Of a stretch of 64,000 bases of DNA, positions 26,759-38,488 are shown in pieces. Source of the DNA: Selaginella moellendorffii (taxonomy: Eukaryota; Plantae; Lycopodiophyta); contig NW_003314261.1 in assembly GCF_000143415.4 (NCBI RefSeq), positions 4,752,691-4,816,690 of the forward strand. Reading direction: 5' to 3'. A program made the position numbers and the translations under genes. Position 1 is the first letter of the stretch. Every line of letters begins with the position of its first letter. A model generated the notes under the pieces. That model did no database searches, had not been told where the DNA came from, and saw only the letters and a list, made by a program, of their open reading frames with translations.

Positions 26759-28425
26759 TTAGTCCAGCTTTGCGCCCGAGTAAAGGAGAGAGTCGCGAGT
26801 GAGAGGCATGTAACATAGGCAGCAAGTCTGCAAAGAAGGAAAAAGAAAGAAACAAGGATTAGAGAAAACGAAGAGAGAGTTTTTCTTTTTCTTACTCCGA
26901 GCAAAGTGGCTATGATAAGAATGATGGCCGTCGAGGCCGCCAGAGTCCTCCGTGAAAGCTGCTCCACAGTCTGCGGCTTCTTCTCTTGCTCGAGGAGCCT
27001 GGATCTGTAAGAGTGGTAGTGCTTGCCGATCATTTCCCGTACAAGATGGTGTCCATTCTGGCCCGGGAAAGCCACGACACCGACTAGTTTTCCTGAGAGG
27101 CAATAGTTACAAAAGCTAGAGAATCTTGCTTTGTGGGGACAAACCATTTGTCAGTGTATCCAGCTTTTGGAATAGCTTTGCCACTGCAATAAGCACGATG
27201 TCTGAAGCTTTGCTGACATCTTCGTCCTGTCGCTCCCGCTTTAGAGCCTGCAAGATGCGAAAGTTTTTCGCGGTACAGTAGCACGCATTCATTCGATGGA
27301 GTTACCTTGATCCCCGTAAATGTACCGAAAAAGAGCTCTGCGGTGTCCGGCTTTGTTGTTAGCTCTTCGTGGACGGAGACGGCACGTTTCACTCCTGCTG
27401 ATAGGGATAGAAGGTCTGTTACAAATAGGTAGTCCGACCTCTGAAAGAGAGCACCAATGTAAGGACCATACGAAAAGTTAAAAAAAAAAAAGGAAAGAAA
27501 GCTTTGCCTTGAAAAGATCGAGTTCGAGAGAAATGCCGTCGACTGAAAGTATCACGAGCTCCTGTTCCGCGGCATTCTCGTCGGCAGTTTCTTCTTCGAC
27601 GTTATCCTCGGTTGAAACTTCTACCGAAGAAGGTCCAAACTGCAAAACCCAGCCACTCAGTTTCTTCAAACTCAGTTCCAATAGGGAACTTACAAGACCT
27701 TGAAGCTCGCGTTTCAGGTGAAACAAGTCGAAGTTCTCCGGAACAGGATGGTTGAGAGACTCCAGTCTAACAGGCTTCCCCGCTGCGAACACATCAATCT
27801 TATCTCAAAGATAATCGCATGAATGCGTACCCAGATGCTTTGTTGCTGCCCTTTTGGGCTTTACACTCAAACCACGTTGCTCAGCCAGCTTCACTCCGAG
27901 AGCCTGAGAGACGTTCTTTTCTTGCAGGAAGCCTGTGTATAACATAAAATTCTCCTTTTAGAGCTATAAAAGCTTCGCTCGTGGCTTACCTGAATCGAAA
28001 CCTTCGATCACCAGCGAAACTACTCTCTGTGGCCTGTGAAATACATTTGGAATAAGAAGCCTCTCGAGCTACAAAAAAACATCGAATAACTGGAAAGAAG
28101 AACAAAGAAGTTAAAAAACCTCCATACCTTGCTGGCGGAGACCTCGGACATTGTCACTGGCGGATCCACACCAAGAAGCACCGCGACGGATGCCGCAACA
28201 TCAGCTTCCGAGAACACCGATTCCTATCAATCCAGATCCAGAAACAATCATCCAGTCGATAGAGAACGAAAGATAATACCACACCTGGGAGCCAGACTGT
28301 AGATAATCCTTTCCCTGTCCAGTCTCCACGAAGAACACAGACCCGCCGTCCTCAGCGCTCGCACTTCCAGCAAGAATCAAGCTCGCGAGCAATGCGATCC
28401 AAGGCAGTAGCTCCAGAGCTCCCAT
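26759..28425 (-). CDS. Type I membrane protein of the plant PMP / ATP6AP2 (renin receptor-like) family, multi-exon
   Basis: Signal peptide, GSVFFVE, VAASVAVLLGVDPP, C-terminal TM helix followed by CCLCYMPLTRDSLLYSGAKLD*. Confidence 0.82.
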
Positions 28426-28493
28426 TGTAATGCGCTCTGGCCCAGAAAACCCTAGATAGGCTGGAATTCTAGGGTTCCAATGAGCTAGGCTAA

Positions 28494-29732
28494 ATGGCTA
28501 GTAGTGGAATGCGGCAGAGGAGCTCGCTCGATCGCGATGGAGCTTCCGCTTCTACTGGCGAGGCAGCTCGCGAAGAGGAGAATGGGAAGACAGTGGCGGC
28601 GCCGCCGCCGCGGGGACGTCCTGGCTGGATTGGATTTCTTAGCGCTGTTGCGATCGCTGCTCTTGTGCTTCGTCTGGCGACTCCAAAACCAGTGAGTGTT
28701 TGTTTTTCCTTCTGTGGAGTTAGCGGCATTTCTCTTCGCAGAGGATATTCACGAGTGAGAGCTTGTCCCAGTTCGATGGAGCGAGCAAGGAGCTTCCAAT
28801 TTACTTGAGCATTCTGGGGTGAGAAAACTCTCGCTTTTCTTGTTTTTGTTTGGCTCACTGTGCTGATAGATGTTACAAGGTCTGTGTTTGATGTCACGAG
28901 TGGAAGACAACACTATGGCATTGGAGGGAGCTACCATCACTTCTCTGGAAGGTCTATAGAAATTCTCCTTCGTTTTTTTTTCTTCCGCTAACCATATGAT
29001 CATGATCAGGGACGCGACGAGAGCATTCGTTTCTGGAAACTTTACTGGTAAAATTATCTACTGATCAGTGATGGCTCTCTCATCTTTTGAGCAACCAATG
29101 TTTTTCTATCGATTGATCCTTTACAGGCGATGGGCTTTCTGACAGTGTTCGTGGTCTTTCGCCAATAGAGGTCTTCATTGTTTCATTCTAAACTCTCTTC
29201 CCTCACTCACACTGCTCTTCATATAGGTGAAAAGAATAGGAGATTGGCGAGGCTTCTATCACAGGAGCTACTCGTAAGTTCTTTCTTTGTTTTCTCTGGT
29301 TGACAGATAAGACTCTTTGCAGATATATTGGAAAGCTAATTGGAACGTACTACGACTCCAATGGAAAGCCGACAGACGAGCTGCTGCGCGTCGAGAAAAG
29401 GATCAAACGAGGCGAGGAGCTCTTGAAGCAGCAGGAAGCCGAGGAGAAAAAGTTCCCGACTTGCAACTCACGGTGGTCTCAAAGCGAAGGTGGAGAGGTA
29501 CTCAAAACGATGATACTCCAGCGTTCCTACGTTGATTATGGTGTGCTTCAAACTCTTGCAGGTGTGGTGTGACAGTGGTTATCCTCGCATTCTCAGCAAA
29601 CCATCGCCGCTTCCATCTCAAGGCTCGGGAGAATCCCGCTGTGCGTGCTTCGCAGAGAAGCAGCTCAATCATCCGGGGCTGGCTGTCTACCCGGGCTGCG
29701 AAGCTCGAGCCACAGTGTGCAAAACTTCCTGA
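28494..29732 (+). CDS. MAPR4: Membrane-associated progesterone-binding protein 4 / neuferricin-like cytochrome b5 domain protein
   Basis: TM anchor, then PIYLSILG, VFDVTSGRQHYGIGGSYHHFSG, RDATRAFVSGNFT, YIGKLIGTYYDSNGKPT, CNSRWSQSEGGEVWC, RCACF. Confidence 0.88.
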
Positions 29733-29971
29733 CAATGAAGTAAGCTCGCTCTTTGTTTTTCCTCCTTTTCGTGATTGTTTCTATAGAAGAAAGCTTGCAT
29801 TGTCACAGCAATGACGCAAACTTCGAGATGATGCAAAAGTGGAAAAGGAATTGCAAAGATCAAAGTTATAGTTTTTCTCTTCCAAGTTCTCGCGAAAAGT
29901 CTAGAAAAATCAAGCTTGCTTTTTCTCCTCCACGAAGAGGTTTTATAAAGTTAAGCGCATGAAAAGAATAT

Positions 29972-31215
29972 ATGGAACATCCTTCCAGGGATATCCGCTG
30001 GCTGGGATTCGTGGCCGGGGTTTGGAGAAGGCACAATGGCGGGGGAATGAGCGTCGCCATGGTCTCCTCCTGGAGCCCTAATCCTCCTCCTCTCCTTCGC
30101 TCGTCACTCCCACATTTGCGAGCTCCGGTCGGGATCGCCCCGAGAAATCCAGCGCTCCCGATCATCGGCGCGGCCTTCTTGAATCCCTCCTCCTCCTCCT
30201 CCAATCGCCCAAAGCTCCCCGGGCGCGGCAGGGATTCCACCCGAAGGAGCCTGGTACGTCTCTACTGCTCGCGCTCCTCGCGCTGCCTCACCATAATCTG
30301 CCTCACATCGCTCGTCGCGGCGCTCGCCCGGATCGCATCGCTGCTCGTCTCCCTCGCGGACAGGATATTTAGGTCATCGCCCAGCGCCGCGCCCAGCGGG
30401 AATCTCCTCGCCAATGGATCGTCGCCGCTGGGAATGGCGCTGCTCAGCACCTCCGCCATGGCCAGCGCGCATCTCAGCCCCGTGATCGTCACGCTCCGGG
30501 CGAATCCCACCTTCATGTCCGGCCTGGTGGCGTGGATGGTGGCGCAGGCGAGCAAGGTGCTCACCACCTACGTGGTATACCGACGGTGGGATTTGAGGAT
30601 GCTGGTTGGATCGGGCGGCATGCCGTCGTCCCACTCGGCGCTTTGCCTCGGGCTCACCACCTCGGTGGCGCTCTCCCATGGCGTCGGGGACGCCTTGTTC
30701 CCGGTTTGCCTCGGGTTTAGCCTCATTGTCATGTACGATGCCACGGGAGTGAGACGCCATGCCGGAATGCAAGCCGAGGTACGTCTTCTCCATCCATCCA
30801 TAGCCATTTTCTCGCTGTAGTTCTGCATTGCATCGCTCTGGCCTGAGAGAATCGCGTAGAGTAGGATCAAGGAAGCAGGGGGTTGCTGGGTCTTTAGATC
30901 TCTAGATCATGAAGAGTTCTCGTAAATCACAGCAAAGTTTGAGGAGGGAGTTCTAGAGGAGACTTTTAGAGTAGCACTCGTTGCATTGGTCAGTTTGTAG
31001 GATCAAACACTCTTGAGCGCTAGCAGTATGTGACTCGGGCCTTGCGCTTTCTTGTGCTCCAGGTTCTCAACATGATCATCAAGGATCTCTTCCAGGGGCA
31101 TCCCGTGAGCGAGAAGAAGCTCAAGGAGCTACTGGGACACACTCCTCTCCAGGTGGTGGCGGGTGCTTTGGTGGGAATCTTGGTTGGATGGTGGTGCTGT
31201 TTAACTCCCCGTTAA
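29972..31215 (+). CDS. DUF212 acid phosphatase/vanadium haloperoxidase-related membrane protein with probable plastid transit peptide; 2 exons
   Basis: SGGMPSSHSA, IVMYDATGVRRHAGMQAE|VLN, KLKELLGHTPLQVVAGA; intron ~30779-31072. Confidence 0.92.
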
Positions 31216-31239
31216 ACTCTAAAGCTCTTGGAGAGGAAA

Positions 31240-31570
31240 CATTTTCCACTCCATAGCTTACATGGCATTTCTTGTGATTGTGAGATTCTGCCAAAACAAC
31301 ATAGATTTGCTACAATATATTTTACATCTTCTTGTGCCCAAAAATCCAAATAACTTTTGTGTGGAGAAGAATATCATGTGGAAAGAAGTGGCCATGGTTG
31401 GTAGCCATGACATGGACCATTTTCCACTCCATAGCTTTGTGAGATTTTCCCAAAACAACATAGATTTGCTACACTATTTTACATCTTATAAATCTTCTTG
31501 TGCCCAACAATACGAATAAGAGGTGGCCATGGTTGGTAGCCATGACATGGACCGCGCGCGGAAAGTCCAC
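31240..31570 (+). repeat. Imperfect tandem duplication (two units of ~150-180 bp)
   Basis: cattttccactccatagctt...caaaacaacatagatttgctac...gtggccatggttggtagccatgacatggacc occurs twice, starting at ~31240 and ~31418. Confidence 0.9.
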
Positions 31571-31756
31571 GCTGGCACAGCTGCCATTCGTCCAGCGCCC
31601 ACAAGGAGGCGCGTATTTAAACACTATGGCAGCAGTCCAGTGTGTAGTGTTCTCGCATTCGAGCTAATGAGCGAGCGCTCTCATCTCTCTTTCCTTTCCC
31701 TTGCTTGTTTAGATCGAGCAATGGTCGCCATGACTGCCATGACTAGAAGACGATGA
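31360..31756 (+). pseudogene. Degenerate copy of the Lhcb promoter, 5' UTR and first codons
   Basis: Collinear matches to 36638-37083: aagaagtggccatggttgg, atgacatggacc, aggcgcg-atttaaacacta, gcagcagtccagtgtgtagtg, gatcgagcaatgg-cgccatgactgcca. Confidence 0.88.
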
Positions 31757-31935
31757 TCCTGGTTTGCGGGACTTCCCAGAAGTAGTAGCAGTGCTAGCAT
31801 TTCCAAGGCCACGACCACCATTCTCGTATCCCAGGCCGAGAGCAAGGTTATCGTCGCCACTATCCCCTGACGCCACTCGCCACTCTAAAGCCGACTCGTC
31901 AAGGTAACTTCTGTTTTCGAGTTTCTAAGTCAGTC

Positions 31936-33533
31936 ATGAGCACTGTGGTGGATTTCCTAAGCTCGGCACCGGGATGGAACGCTGCGTGCATGGTTGTGGC
32001 AGCGCTGGTCTTCGTTGTATTGGTGATGTTGGGAAGAAAAGAGAACAGGAATTTGCCCCCAGGTCCTCCCGGCTGGCCGATCATCGGGAACTTAATGCAG
32101 CTCGGTCCCCTCCCCCACAGGACAATGGCTGGCTGGTGCCAAAAGTATGGACCTCTCGTCTACTGCAGGCTGGGCTCCACTCCGACCATCACCGCTAGCT
32201 CGCCTCAGATGATCCGGGAGCTGCTGTGGACTCAGGACGAAACTTTCGCGTCTCGGCCGAGAACTACTGCGGGAAAGCTCATGGCATACCACGACCAGGA
32301 CGTCGGGCTGGCCCCTTATGATGCTCACTGGAAGCTCATGAGGAGGATTTGCGTGGAGAACTTGCTGACGACACGAAGGATGGAAGGGTTCCAGAAGAGC
32401 CGGGCCGAGGAAGCTCGCGACCTGGTAGAGACAATGTTGAAGGAGGCCAAGGCTGGGAACACCATCAACATGAGGGAGCACTTGGGAGGCTTCACCATGA
32501 ATGTGATAACCAGAATGCTGATTGGAAAGAAATACTTTGGAACGGAGTCCACAGGTGAGAAGGAGGCCACCGATATTCGGGAGCTCCTACACGAGGCTGT
32601 TGCCCTCATTGGTGTTTTCTTCATTCCGGATCACGTACCGCTCCTCAAGTGGATGGATCCCAAAGGTTATAGGCACCAGTTTAAGAAGATTGGGAAGCGA
32701 ATGGACGACTACTACAGCTACATCATCGAGGAGCACAGGACGAGGCAGGAAGTGGTCGATGGTCCTAAGGACTTTGTGGACGTTCTTCTCGGTGAGAACA
32801 GCGAGCTCAACGACGTGGAAATCAAAGCACTGATACAGGTAACTAAGTCCTTGTTCCTTTGTATAGTAAAGTTTTATCTCAGGATATGGTCGTGGGGGGC
32901 ACCGATACCGCGTCCTTCACTATGGAGTGGTTTATGCTCGAGATGATCCGGAACCCGAAAGTTATGCGCAAAGTCCAGGAGGAGATAGACTCGGTGCTGG
33001 AAAAGAAAGTCACCAACAAACACTTGGTGGAAGAGTCGGATCTGGCGAGCCTCGACTACCTGAAAGCAGCTGTCAAAGAAACTTTCAGGATGCACCCGGT
33101 TGGCGGCTTCCTCATACCTCACGAGTCGATCGGAGACACCAAAGTTGCCGGCTACCACGTCCCCAAAGGCTCGCTCATCCTCATCAACACTCACGGGCTG
33201 GGAAGGAACACCGCGGTGTGGGACAACGTCGACGAGTTCCGGCCTGAGAGGTTCCTCAGGACCGACGATAAAGTCCACCTCCGCGACTCCGAGTACCGCG
33301 TCATTCCATTTGGCTCCGGCAAGCGGGCGTGCCCCGGTGCCCAACTCGGGCAGTCGATGCTCCTCCTCGGCCTGGGACGACTTTTGCGTGGATTCGACTG
33401 GTATCCACCGCCGGGAATGAGCACGGGAGACATCGACGTTATGGAAGCTTACGGCCTCACGACGCCGCCGAGGACTCCGTTGCGAGCAGTGGCAAAATCT
33501 CGGCTGGATGAGAGGTTCTACTCTCTCCATTAA
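31936..33533 (+). CDS. CYP703: Cytochrome P450 of the CYP703 family (fatty-acid in-chain hydroxylase, sporopollenin pathway); 2 exons
   Basis: LGPLPHR...KYGPLVYCRLG, FASRPRT, HWKLMRRICVENLLTTRR, IKALIQ|DMVVGGTDT, ETFR, PERF, heme FGSGKRACPG; 44-nt intron 32839-32882. Confidence 0.9.
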
Positions 33534-33914
33534 TCTCAGATCAAGTATATCCTTTGTTTTGTTGGTTTTTGATGATTCAGATCTGAGTTGATTAGCAAAG
33601 GTTTTGACTGATGACAGTCTTTCAGCAACTGGGCAAGCATGCTTGGCTCAAGGAAGTGGTTGTGGTGGATGGTGACAGATTAAGATGGCAAGGAATAGTC
33701 AAAGCAGATCAAGCTAACCCTTGACTTATAGGGTGTGCAAGGACCCTTGCCATTCCATGGAAGGACCCTTGTGGACTCCATCGTGGATATTAGGTCGCTC
33801 TGCGTCTCCTAGATGTTGTGAGGCATGATTATCGCGAAATATCACAGAATTTTAACTTTAAATTAGATCTGTTTGATCCTAGAACTCAAGACTTCCATTT
33901 CCAGATTCCAAGTC

Positions 33915-34440
33915 ATGAGCATGATGGTGGATTTCCTGAGCTCGGTTGAGGGATGGAACGCTGCGTACATGCTTGTGGCAGCTCTGTGTTGTCTCGGTGA
34001 TGCTGGGAAGAAAAGAGAAAAGGAAGTTACCCTCAGGTCCTCCCGGCTGGCCGATCCTTGGGAACTTAATGCCGACCCCCACAGGACAATGGCTGGCTGG
34101 TGCCAAAAGTAGGGACCTCTCGTCTACTGCAGGCTTGGCTCCACTTGCTAGCTGGACTCAGGACGATACTTTCTCGTCTCGGCCGAGAACTACTGCAGGA
34201 ATGCTCATGTCATACCACGACCAGGACGTCGGGTCGGGCTGGCCCCTTACGACGCTCACTGGAAGCTCGTGAGAAGGATTTGCGTGGAGCACTTGTTGAC
34301 GACGTGAAGGATGGAAGGAGGCGGCCGGGTACAGACAATGTTGAACGAGGCCAAGGCTGGGAACACCATCAACATGAGGGAGCACTTCGAGCATGAGGAT
34401 GCTGGTTGGAATAAGGTACTTTGGAAGCGGTGAGAAGGAT
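33915..34440 (+). pseudogene. Truncated, frameshifted duplicate of the 5' part of CYP703
   Basis: Blocks nearly identical to 31930-32560 (ggtcctcccggctggccgatc, acaggacaatggctggctggtgccaaaagta, gccaaggctgggaacaccatcaacatgagggagcactt) with deletions and stops. Confidence 0.93.
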
Positions 34441-34560
34441 CCTGCATGGAGTTTTCTACATAAACGTGGTGTCCCTATGCTTGGAGCTTACATGGAAATG
34501 ACTGAGTGAAGGGAGACTCTCTCCCTCACCTTGGTGGCCTCAATTTAACTTAGCACTCTA

Positions 34561-34806
34561 TGAGCTCAAAGTCAAGTTACAGAAATTCTTTTGTGTTTTA
34601 CAACTTTTGTTTTCCTTTTCTTTCTATTCTTTATATATGTCAAAAGAAAAAGATACGTATTTTAATCACATGACTTGTGTTTTTCATTTTGCCATTCAGC
34701 TAAAAAAAATGCATTGATGACATAAAAGCAGTCGGCTGAAAAGCACCATTGAGTTTCTATCATCACAAACAATGACGAAACAGCGGTTGTCGTACCTTTG
34801 AGCTCA
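34561..34806. mobile_element. Possible MITE (246 bp, AT-rich)
   Basis: 11-bp terminal inverted repeat tgagctcaaag / ctttgagctca flanked by cta on both sides. Eight of the 11 bases are a self-palindrome, so the support is weak. Confidence 0.3.
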
Positions 34807-35099
34807 CTAGTTGGTACTCAAACTAAACTTAAGTCTTAAACCTTGGGCTCAAGTGGTTCGAGGGCTGAAGATGTTGGAGCTAAATTGGTTTGGTTTTGGC
34901 CAAGTTGGTATCAATTTCCGAGTCCAGGTGAGGTTGCACAATGGTGGAGTGGTTTATTTTTGTAAATTGGATTCTTTGGCTCGCACCAAAGTTTCTTGGT
35001 TTGTTTGAACTAAGTATTGAGTAGGAAAATCTAGTTTGTATACCCATACTCATGAGACTTTAAAAAGCTAGAAAGTGTGTGGTTCTAAACTTCCATCTG

Positions 35100-36095
35100 C
35101 TGTTATATGCAGATGACTTACAAAGAAAAAATTACAGAAGCAGCTTTTGCCAAACAACAGGACTATCCATCAGAGCAAATAGATCGTGATCTTCGAGTCC
35201 AAAGCTGTGATAGCACCACCCAGTTATCGAGGACAGGAAGTCACCACCTACAAATACTTAGGGTATCATCTCCACCACCAACGCGCATGGACGACTGGAC
35301 TTATACAGCGGGAAGCAGTAGCAAATTGGGCATACTACGGCCTAATCAATACGCTCCGACAAAACGGTATCTACTGATGGGACGCCCGAAAAGAGCACCC
35401 AACCAATCTGGTCCTGGCTGGAAGACTTGAACCACACGTTCACCAGCCACAGACTTTAGCATTCAGGAAAGAGCATCATATGGACTCCTTTACATCAAAA
35501 TTGAATTTAATCCAGGCATGGAAACTCATCATACTCTCACTTCTTCAACCATTGTATACAAACAACAAACTACAGATGGTGGAAGGACTGCCAACAATGG
35601 ATGGAGAGACTATAATTCAACTTTGAATTGTTCCTGGCACAATTGGTGACAAAGGTCCCCCAAGCATGGATCAGCCTCAAAGGTTGGCTAGTAGGATCCA
35701 ACAAGAACCCCAAGTTCCAACTTACATGATGTCAAATCCAAGTTGGAAAGTAGTCCACGACATCACTGGCAACACCGATCACCCCTAGAGACTAGCGTTG
35801 GTGTCACCTCTGCCGATTGGGGACTAAGATGTGATTTATGAATGTCCAGCATACATACGTCTACAATTATTCTTGCTGAACTTCACGGCTCCAAACCTCC
35901 CAGAACTCATCGGAAACCCGGACTCGGCAGCTATGGCAGCACTCTTCCTGCGAGCGCTAGACGAAAGGCAGACAACTCCTGGCTATAACTTCCCGGACGA
36001 GCCTCATGACTGAATCAAGAGACAAACAGCAAGGACAATGATCTACATTGAATTACATTGCACTGCATTGCATCGCAACACAGCACACAGCATGG
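35100..36095 (+). mobile_element. Degenerate non-LTR retrotransposon (LINE), 3' portion
   Basis: RT thumb motif EVTTYKYLG, C-terminal zinc-finger remnant IYECPAY, and a short-repeat tail (cattg-like units, ~36044-36093). Confidence 0.6.
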
Positions 36096-36619
36096 AATGA
36101 GCAAAGTCCCCCCTCTTCCCCCCCCCTTCTCTCTGTGTGTGTAAACTACATAACAATAGAATTAAGAAAAGAAAAGCCAGATTTCTTTACTAATGTGTTC
36201 ATGTGGCACCTAAAGAAGGCTTTTCCTCAGCTAACAGCGTGCGATGTCATCTGTCTGTTCAACTTCTCGCTAGTAAGAGTAAAAAGGCTGTGGCCACGAA
36301 GATAGAGCATAGCCTCCATACTAAAAGAACTAGATCACTAGAAGAAAAGAAGAGTTTCTTCGAGATCTTACTCTGAATTTGCAGAGATCAATCCGCATAG
36401 GTTGATCCTCTCACTGTCATCACAGGTAAAGTAAGCGAAAGAGGGATAGTTTTGACCACCATCAAAGGCCAAAAGGTATGCCTAAAACGATCATGCTTAG
36501 CAATGATGATATGGCACCTGACATGGAAATTCGTGCCACGCAGCCCTATTTATGCGATTGCTTTGATATGATATACTTTTTATGGTGATCCGTTGAACTC
36601 CATATCATATTCGTTGCCA

Positions 36620-36960
36620 GGGCCTTATCACCTTCCCGTGGAGAAAAATATCGGGTAGAAAGAAGTGGCCATGGTTGGCCGTGGAGATTACAGGGATAGC
36701 CACTGCCAGCGTATGACATGGACCGAGCGGCAAGCCCATGCCAGCAATGACATGGCACACGTGGACACGAGAGAGGCAACCAGTTGGGCTCGCGAGCTGG
36801 ACCCACAGCGCGGTGCAATTGGCTGGAAGGCGTCCAGCTCATCCGAATTTCGATAATGTCATCGGCTGGAAATCGTCCACCTCGGCCAGAATCCAATTGT
36901 CACCCCTCATTGGCCGGGAGGCGCCACGACGGGATAAGGTAAGGCGCGCATTTAAACACT
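36620..36960 (+). promoter_or_regulatory. Light-responsive Lhcb promoter
   Basis: I-box CCTTATC at 36623 and GATAAGG at 36933, AAAATATC near 36645, G-box CACGTG at 36758, CCAAT at 36893, TATA-like TTTAAA at 36951, upstream of the Lhcb ATG. Confidence 0.7.
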
Positions 36961-37064
36961 ACACTGGGGAGTGTTGGGGCAGCAGTCCAGTGTGTAGTGA
37001 GTGAGCATTCGAGCACAGGAGCGATCTCTTCTCTTCCCCTTTGGTTGCTTAGATCGATCGAGCA

Positions 37065-37883
37065 ATGGCCGCCATGACTGCCACCGCCACAATGGCCGCT
37101 CCATCCACATTCGCCGGCCAGACCGGTCTCAAGCCCCAGAACGAGTTCGTCGCCCGCAACGCTAGCAATGGCTCCCGGATCGCGATGCGCAAGACCGGCA
37201 AGGCTTCCTCGGTGGGAGGAGGCAGCCCCTGGTATGGCCCCGACCGCGTCAAGTACCTCGGCCCCTTCAGCGGCGAGTCCCCCTCCTACCTCACCGGCGA
37301 GTACCCGGGCGACTACGGCTGGGACACCGCCGGGCTGTCGGCCGACCCAGAGACCTTCGCCAAGAACAGGGAGCTCGAGGTGATCCACTCCCGCTGGGCG
37401 ATGCTGGGCGCGCTGGGATGCGTCTTCCCGGAGCTCCTCTCCAAGAACGGCATCAAATTCGGCGAGGCGGTGTGGTTCAAGGCCGGCTCCCAGATCTTCA
37501 AGGAGGGCGGCCTCGACTACCTGGGCAACCCTAGCCTCGTCCACGCCCAGTCCATCCTCGCCATCTGGGCGTCCCAGGTCATCCTCATGGGCGCCGTGGA
37601 GGGCTACCGCATCGCCGGAGGGCCGTTGGGCGAGGTGACGGACCCGATCTACCCAGGTGGCAGCTTCGACCCCCTTGGATTGGCCGAGGATCCCGAGGCG
37701 TTTGCGGAGCTCAAGGTGAAGGAGCTCAAGAATGGACGGCTGGCGATGTTCTCCATGTTTGGCTTCTTTGTCCAGGCCATCGTCACCGGTAAGGGCCCCC
37801 TCGAGAACTTGTCCGACCACCTGGCAGATCCAGTGGCTAACAATGCCTGGGCATATGCCACCAACTTCACCCCCGGGTCTTAG
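37065..37883 (+). CDS. Lhcb: Major LHCII chlorophyll a/b-binding protein, intronless
   Basis: Transit peptide, [80 protein letters not shown]. Confidence 0.98.
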   Translation: MAAMTATATMAAPSTFAGQTGLKPQNEFVARNASNGSRIAMRKTGKASSVGGGSPWYGPDRVKYLGPFSGESPSYLTGEYPGDYGWDTAGLSADPETFAKNRELEVIHSRWAMLGALGCVFPELLSKNGIKFGEAVWFKAGSQIFKEGGLDYLGNPSLVHAQSILAIWASQVILMGAVEGYRIAGGPLGEVTDPIYPGGSFDPLGLAEDPEAFAELKVKELKNGRLAMFSMFGFFVQAIVTGKGPLENLSDHLADPVANNAWAYATNFTPGS

Positions 37884-38488
37884 AGATTCCCAGGGCATCT
37901 CTCCAGGGCATGGTGGGCGCGAAGAGGCGAATCAAATCGATTGGGTGAATGATACCACACTCCAACCACAACAAAAAAAAAAATTGTTCTAAGGTTTTTT
38001 TTTTCTTTTGGGTGTGTCTCTACTACGCTATGAATTCCAAATGAATTCTTTTTGTACATGGAAGGGGGGGGGGGAAAGATCCATCTATGCCCTGGTTTGC
38101 TGTATTATAAAGATTGATTTGAATAAAACGAAGGAACGTTGTTCCTCCTTTTTTTAAACAGATTTAAATTGAGAGGTATATTCGCGATATATTCGTTTTA
38201 TTTGGGTTTCTCTCTAGAACCCTATTTCTTTGCTAAAGCCCTTGTAGCGAGGCGGAGCGTGGGGCGATGGCGCTTATTTGCGGTCGGGACTGGTATGTCG
38301 ATAATGTGCTTGTCATGGTCGGGATTCTTGAAATTTCTGATATTTGCTTCGTCTTGATGCTTGAAACGTGCCAGGAATGGCTGATCAATCGTTTTGATGC
38401 TTCGAATGCCATGAAAATCTTGCTGCATCTAGCCCCCGTTTTGCTACCGCTCTCATTCTAGGAGTATCTAGGCGCTCTTGGATTCATC

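Noticed and set aside
31240-31570. CRISPR-like repeat-spacer array
   Set aside because: Only two long imperfect units in eukaryotic DNA; a simple tandem duplication.
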